This document shows positions 60,401 to 64,000 of a DNA stretch of 64,000 nt, in pieces. The notes beneath the pieces are model-generated. The model was not told the DNA's origin. It worked only from the letters and a program-made list of their open reading frames with translations, and made no database searches. The position numbers and the translations under genes are program-made. The stretch comes from Phoronis australis (lineage: Eukaryota > Animalia > Phoronida): NCBI GenBank assembly GCA_002633005.1, contig NMRA01000302.1, positions 410,504 to 474,503 of the forward strand, in the 5' to 3' direction. Numbering within the stretch: position 1 is the stretch's first letter; each line of letters starts with the position of its first letter.

Positions 60401-63400
60401 TTGAATAGATAATGTAGTGACTCATCGTGACGAGTCACATGATACATCACATGATACACCACATGACACCTCATTGGCCTGCAGAAGTCCTCATCCCTGA
60501 GGACACAACATAGCCAACTAAAATCTACAACTTAATAAATTTGTCAACTTTCCTGAATACAAATAGTAATGACATCATTTGTCGTTTTACGGTGATTCTT
60601 TAAATAATTAACACACAATAAGGATGTGGATGTCACAAAACAACATTTGGTAAAGTTTCCATTACTACCAGCAGCTAACCAGCCTTCGAAAAATAGAAAA
60701 TGACTTTTTTGCTTTTTTTGAAAGTTACTTTTTGTGCAAAATATGATTTTGGACATTATGCAATCTGCCATTAATTGGGTGACGTGGCCATGCTGTTTAG
60801 TAACAATTTGAAAAAAGAAAGTACATTAATAGCTAAACAGCGGTACCAAGAACACGACAAAATTTTGTTTGATAAAAATATTAATGGTGAACTCTCAAAA
60901 ACGCTGTAACAGTTTTGCAATTATTTCATAAAAATTAAGAGAGTCCTATTTTTTTGGAAAACAGTGCATACAGCAGAGTATCTGAAAGTTTCACAAGAAT
61001 CTAAAAAGTCGTTTCAAATACATGATGTTCCAAAGTTAGCCAAATTTAGACATTACTGTAGGTTCCTAAATAGCCATAAAGGGCAGTCCATCTCGACATT
61101 CCCTCCAAAGCCCCTACCTTTGTGAGAATATTACATATGCTGTAGTATCGTTCCTTCATGTCCTCAATGCTACGATGCTGGTATCGGTCTCGGTCCCACC
61201 GGTCGTGTACGATGGTGAAGCGAAGATCAAAGCGCTTACACAGCTCAAACAGGTGGTCAGTCTCCTGGCGTGACCAGCTGTCACTGTGGAGGTGCTGTTG
61301 GTACTCCATGTCTGAGAACGTAGGGATGTCAACACTCTGGGAAAGGGAGATATGAAGAGGTGATACACAAAAATGGATCAACCCTGAAGGTGATATCAGA
61401 TCTAATGGGACAAGGGACACTAATGATACGTCCGAGGGCATTGGTGTATATTCATTTTATTATTCTACTACTGAACATGCCTTTTTCCTCCGACTTTTCC
61501 ATCATTAGATAGATTTGTCCATACCTGCTTTGATGAACTGACATCGTCTGCTGGCTTTGTGGTCAGGGTTTATGATTTCTACAGCGTCTGATTGGTCAGA
61601 CTGTAAATAACGACATCTGATGTCAGCGCAGGATGAACGAAATTAAAGTGACACCCCATGACCAGATCAGTCAATATTACACCATACAGGAGGCTATGGT
61701 ACCACATTTCAGCCAATCAGAGGACAGAAATATCAATGGTAGTGTAATAACATGTGCTATCCTGGTACATATTTAACGTCTAGCAGGAGGTGTTGTTGGT
61801 ACTACATGATGGAAAATATGGGAACATCTGCACTCTGACAAGGCAAATATAAGAAATAGAGCAGATAATAGTATGACCCTTCAGTAATCACATGACCACC
61901 AGATGGCACTGTGGTGTATTGCTGGTTCTCCACAACAGAGAATGAGGGGCAAAGAGAAGTTAAGTAAAGCACAACACAAATGACAGTAACAAAGTACAGC
62001 ACTGGACAAAAATCTCAAATTGAACATAATGTAAAACAAAGGACAGAAATCACTTATAAGGGCCCAGGATTTTGAGAACCAGTTTCATGCCCGTGATTCA
62101 GATGAGAAAACTAGTTCTCAAAATGGGGGATCCTGTGACTATTACTGAACAAAGTGCACAGAACATCTAACCTGGAAGAAGTAACAAGTCTAAAATACAT
62201 TAGTTTATACTGAGAGAACGTTCATCACCAAACTGTACTAGATAATTCAAAGGGGAAAAACACCGACAGAGATGACATGTAATCCTTAAAAGGGACACTT
62301 TGCTGGTGTCAGTGTTAAATCTTTGCCAAAGTGCTTAATTGGAGTTTAAAAACTACCACACCTATCCAAACTTGAATTGTGTCCAAATGAGCCAGTAACT
62401 CATTTCACAGGTAATGTGTACATGTGCCACTTTCGAATTCGCAATTTCAGGGTTGGCCAACCCCAATAAGTTCTCAAGCATTTTATTGAGTCACTTACAG
62501 TTTCGATGTTCTGACTGAAAACCAAAACAGAATCCTATCATGGTGAGGGATATTACGAGACTGATTTTATGAGAATAATTCGACTTTCGTTCTTTAGTCA
62601 GCTAGACATGGCAAAATGCGGCTTCAAATTTCACTGTGTGAACACAGCATCTGCTACTTAAAATGATTTCTAATACCTTATTAAACCTGGCAAATGGATA
62701 GTCCTTTCCTTCATCAGCCAATCGTCTCCAGTGGTAGAACACAGCACCATCCTGCAATAAAGGGCAGTGTTGATGGTCAAAACATGACATTCTAATGTGA
62801 ATAAATTGTCCAAGCAAACTGGTGTGATTACTTGATTTGCCTCTAGGTTGATAAGTCCTTTGGGGTTATAATATGGCAATTATCCATCGTTTCCCACTGA
62901 TACTGTGGGATGCAAATGAATATCTGTAGGTTTCAGTAGGATGTTAATCACGCTTGTGGCAAATTTAAGCAGAGGAATACGCATTATCACTGGAGGTTAG
63001 TATATAGTATGAATTTGTTAACAAAAACAACTAAGAAAATTTTAACCTGCTGTTACCTTGGTTTTTACTGTGTAGATGTCACAAAATATTCGGTTCTATA
63101 ATTTGCAATAAGGTGAACAGACATGAAAATTGGAAAAAAAATTATTTTTATAAAGAAAGGAATACTTAAATAATTAGACATATTTCTACCTTTCGAGCTG
63201 GATTTGTGAATGGCATCCATTTCCACGGTCGTACTCGACTCCGCCCTATCTTAGCCTTCATCTGTTTATAGCCGAGATTAGTGTCTGTGGGGATAATGGG
63301 CGGGGCATCTCTGTAATCCGACATGACAAACAAGGTTAAAGATGTAAACACTAATTAACAAAACTGCACTGAGAAATTACAATGCAAAAATGCCAAACAG

Positions 63401-63909
63401 AGTTGAAGACGGTTCCCCTGTCACTTTACAGGCCATTTTATACAAATCACTGACCAGCATTTCATTTAAGTCGTTATAGACCATATCTTAGTGACCCACC
63501 ATTCATAGACTGCCTGGTGAGATAACTGTAAAGTACTGCCACAGAAAAATGAAGTTATTGCAATACAGAACTGTACTATCACTACAGCAACCATAAGAAA
63601 TATCTGTAACAATATTGTTTTCACTTCAATCACAGAATTATCTATGGTTAGATGGCGGACATTTTCATACACCCAGGTGAATTGATGCGTGAATTATAAA
63701 GCAAACCAAGTATTCATTCCCCAATAGGAGCCAGGCACCTCCATGACGTCATACAAAATAACTGAGTTTTTCCCGTAGTTTTGAATCATGATTTCCACAA
63801 CTACATGTTACAAGCCCTACTTGTTATCAGTCCATAACAGGCCCCACAATTCACGGTGCATTCCCTCTGGTTTCTTCAGGTTTGGGTCTGTTTTCTTCAC
63901 AGGCTTTTT
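57447..63909 (-). CDS. DMAP1: DNA methyltransferase 1-associated protein 1 (SWC4/EAF2 homolog), 5'-truncated by the window edge; 9 exons visible
   Basis: Exons 63909-63821, 63310-63190, 62751-62677, 61336-61118, 60272-59952, 59564-59420, 58840-58686, 58232-58101, 57512-57447 are in frame. Motifs KKPEGMHRELWGLL, RPWKWMPFTNPARKDGAVFYHWRR, DYPFARFNK, SANT-like WSRQETDHLFELCKRFDLRF, FDADHERRRKEQL, GIKFPDFKQAGVTLRSHRMKLP, FNELRQDIVLLYELK. Confidence 0.96.
58826..59145. repeat. About 68-69-bp minisatellite, about 5 units, overlapping a DMAP1 intron/exon boundary
   Basis: AGATCTGC/AGATGCATGC anchors at about 58837, 58906, 58975, 59042 and 59111. Confidence 0.85.
61775..61837 (-). pseudogene. Degenerate intronic duplicate of the start of the DMAP1 SANT exon
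   Basis: cag|AGTGCAGATGTTCCCATATTTTCCATCATGTAGTACCAACAACACCTC = SADVPIFSIM*YQQHL, versus the true exon SVDIPTFSDMEYQQHL. Confidence 0.7.
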
Positions 63910-64000
63910 CTGCAAGACCGTAAAACCATTGAGCTTTCACTTAAGGATGTCCTTCGAGAAACCTGGACACATTTTCAAGAAATGCAAAAGACAATATAAA

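Overview
Intron-rich, AT-rich eukaryotic (probably invertebrate animal) DNA with no prokaryotic features. I reconstructed five genes by hand from splice sites. (1-2) Two intact, tandemly duplicated SLC66A3/PQLC3-like PQ-loop genes on the minus strand (6 exons, 211 aa each, about 88% identical); both keep a U12 minor-spliceosome intron. (3) An intronless frataxin (minus). (4) Head-to-head with it, a 21-exon gene for a ~924-aa signal-peptide-bearing protein with several thioredoxin-like folds (plus; family not firmly assigned). (5) Tail-to-tail with that, the 3' part of DMAP1 (minus; 5' end lies beyond the window). The rest holds two decayed Tc1/mariner (maT-like) elements, several MITE families, LINE/SINE relics and minisatellites. 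Three near-identical tandem duplications joined by a single N look like haplotype/assembly artefacts. I see no convincing wholly new biological system. The best leads are the unassigned multi-thioredoxin protein, the diverging PQ-loop paralogs with their U12 intron, and duplicated splice acceptors and exon relics inside DMAP1.
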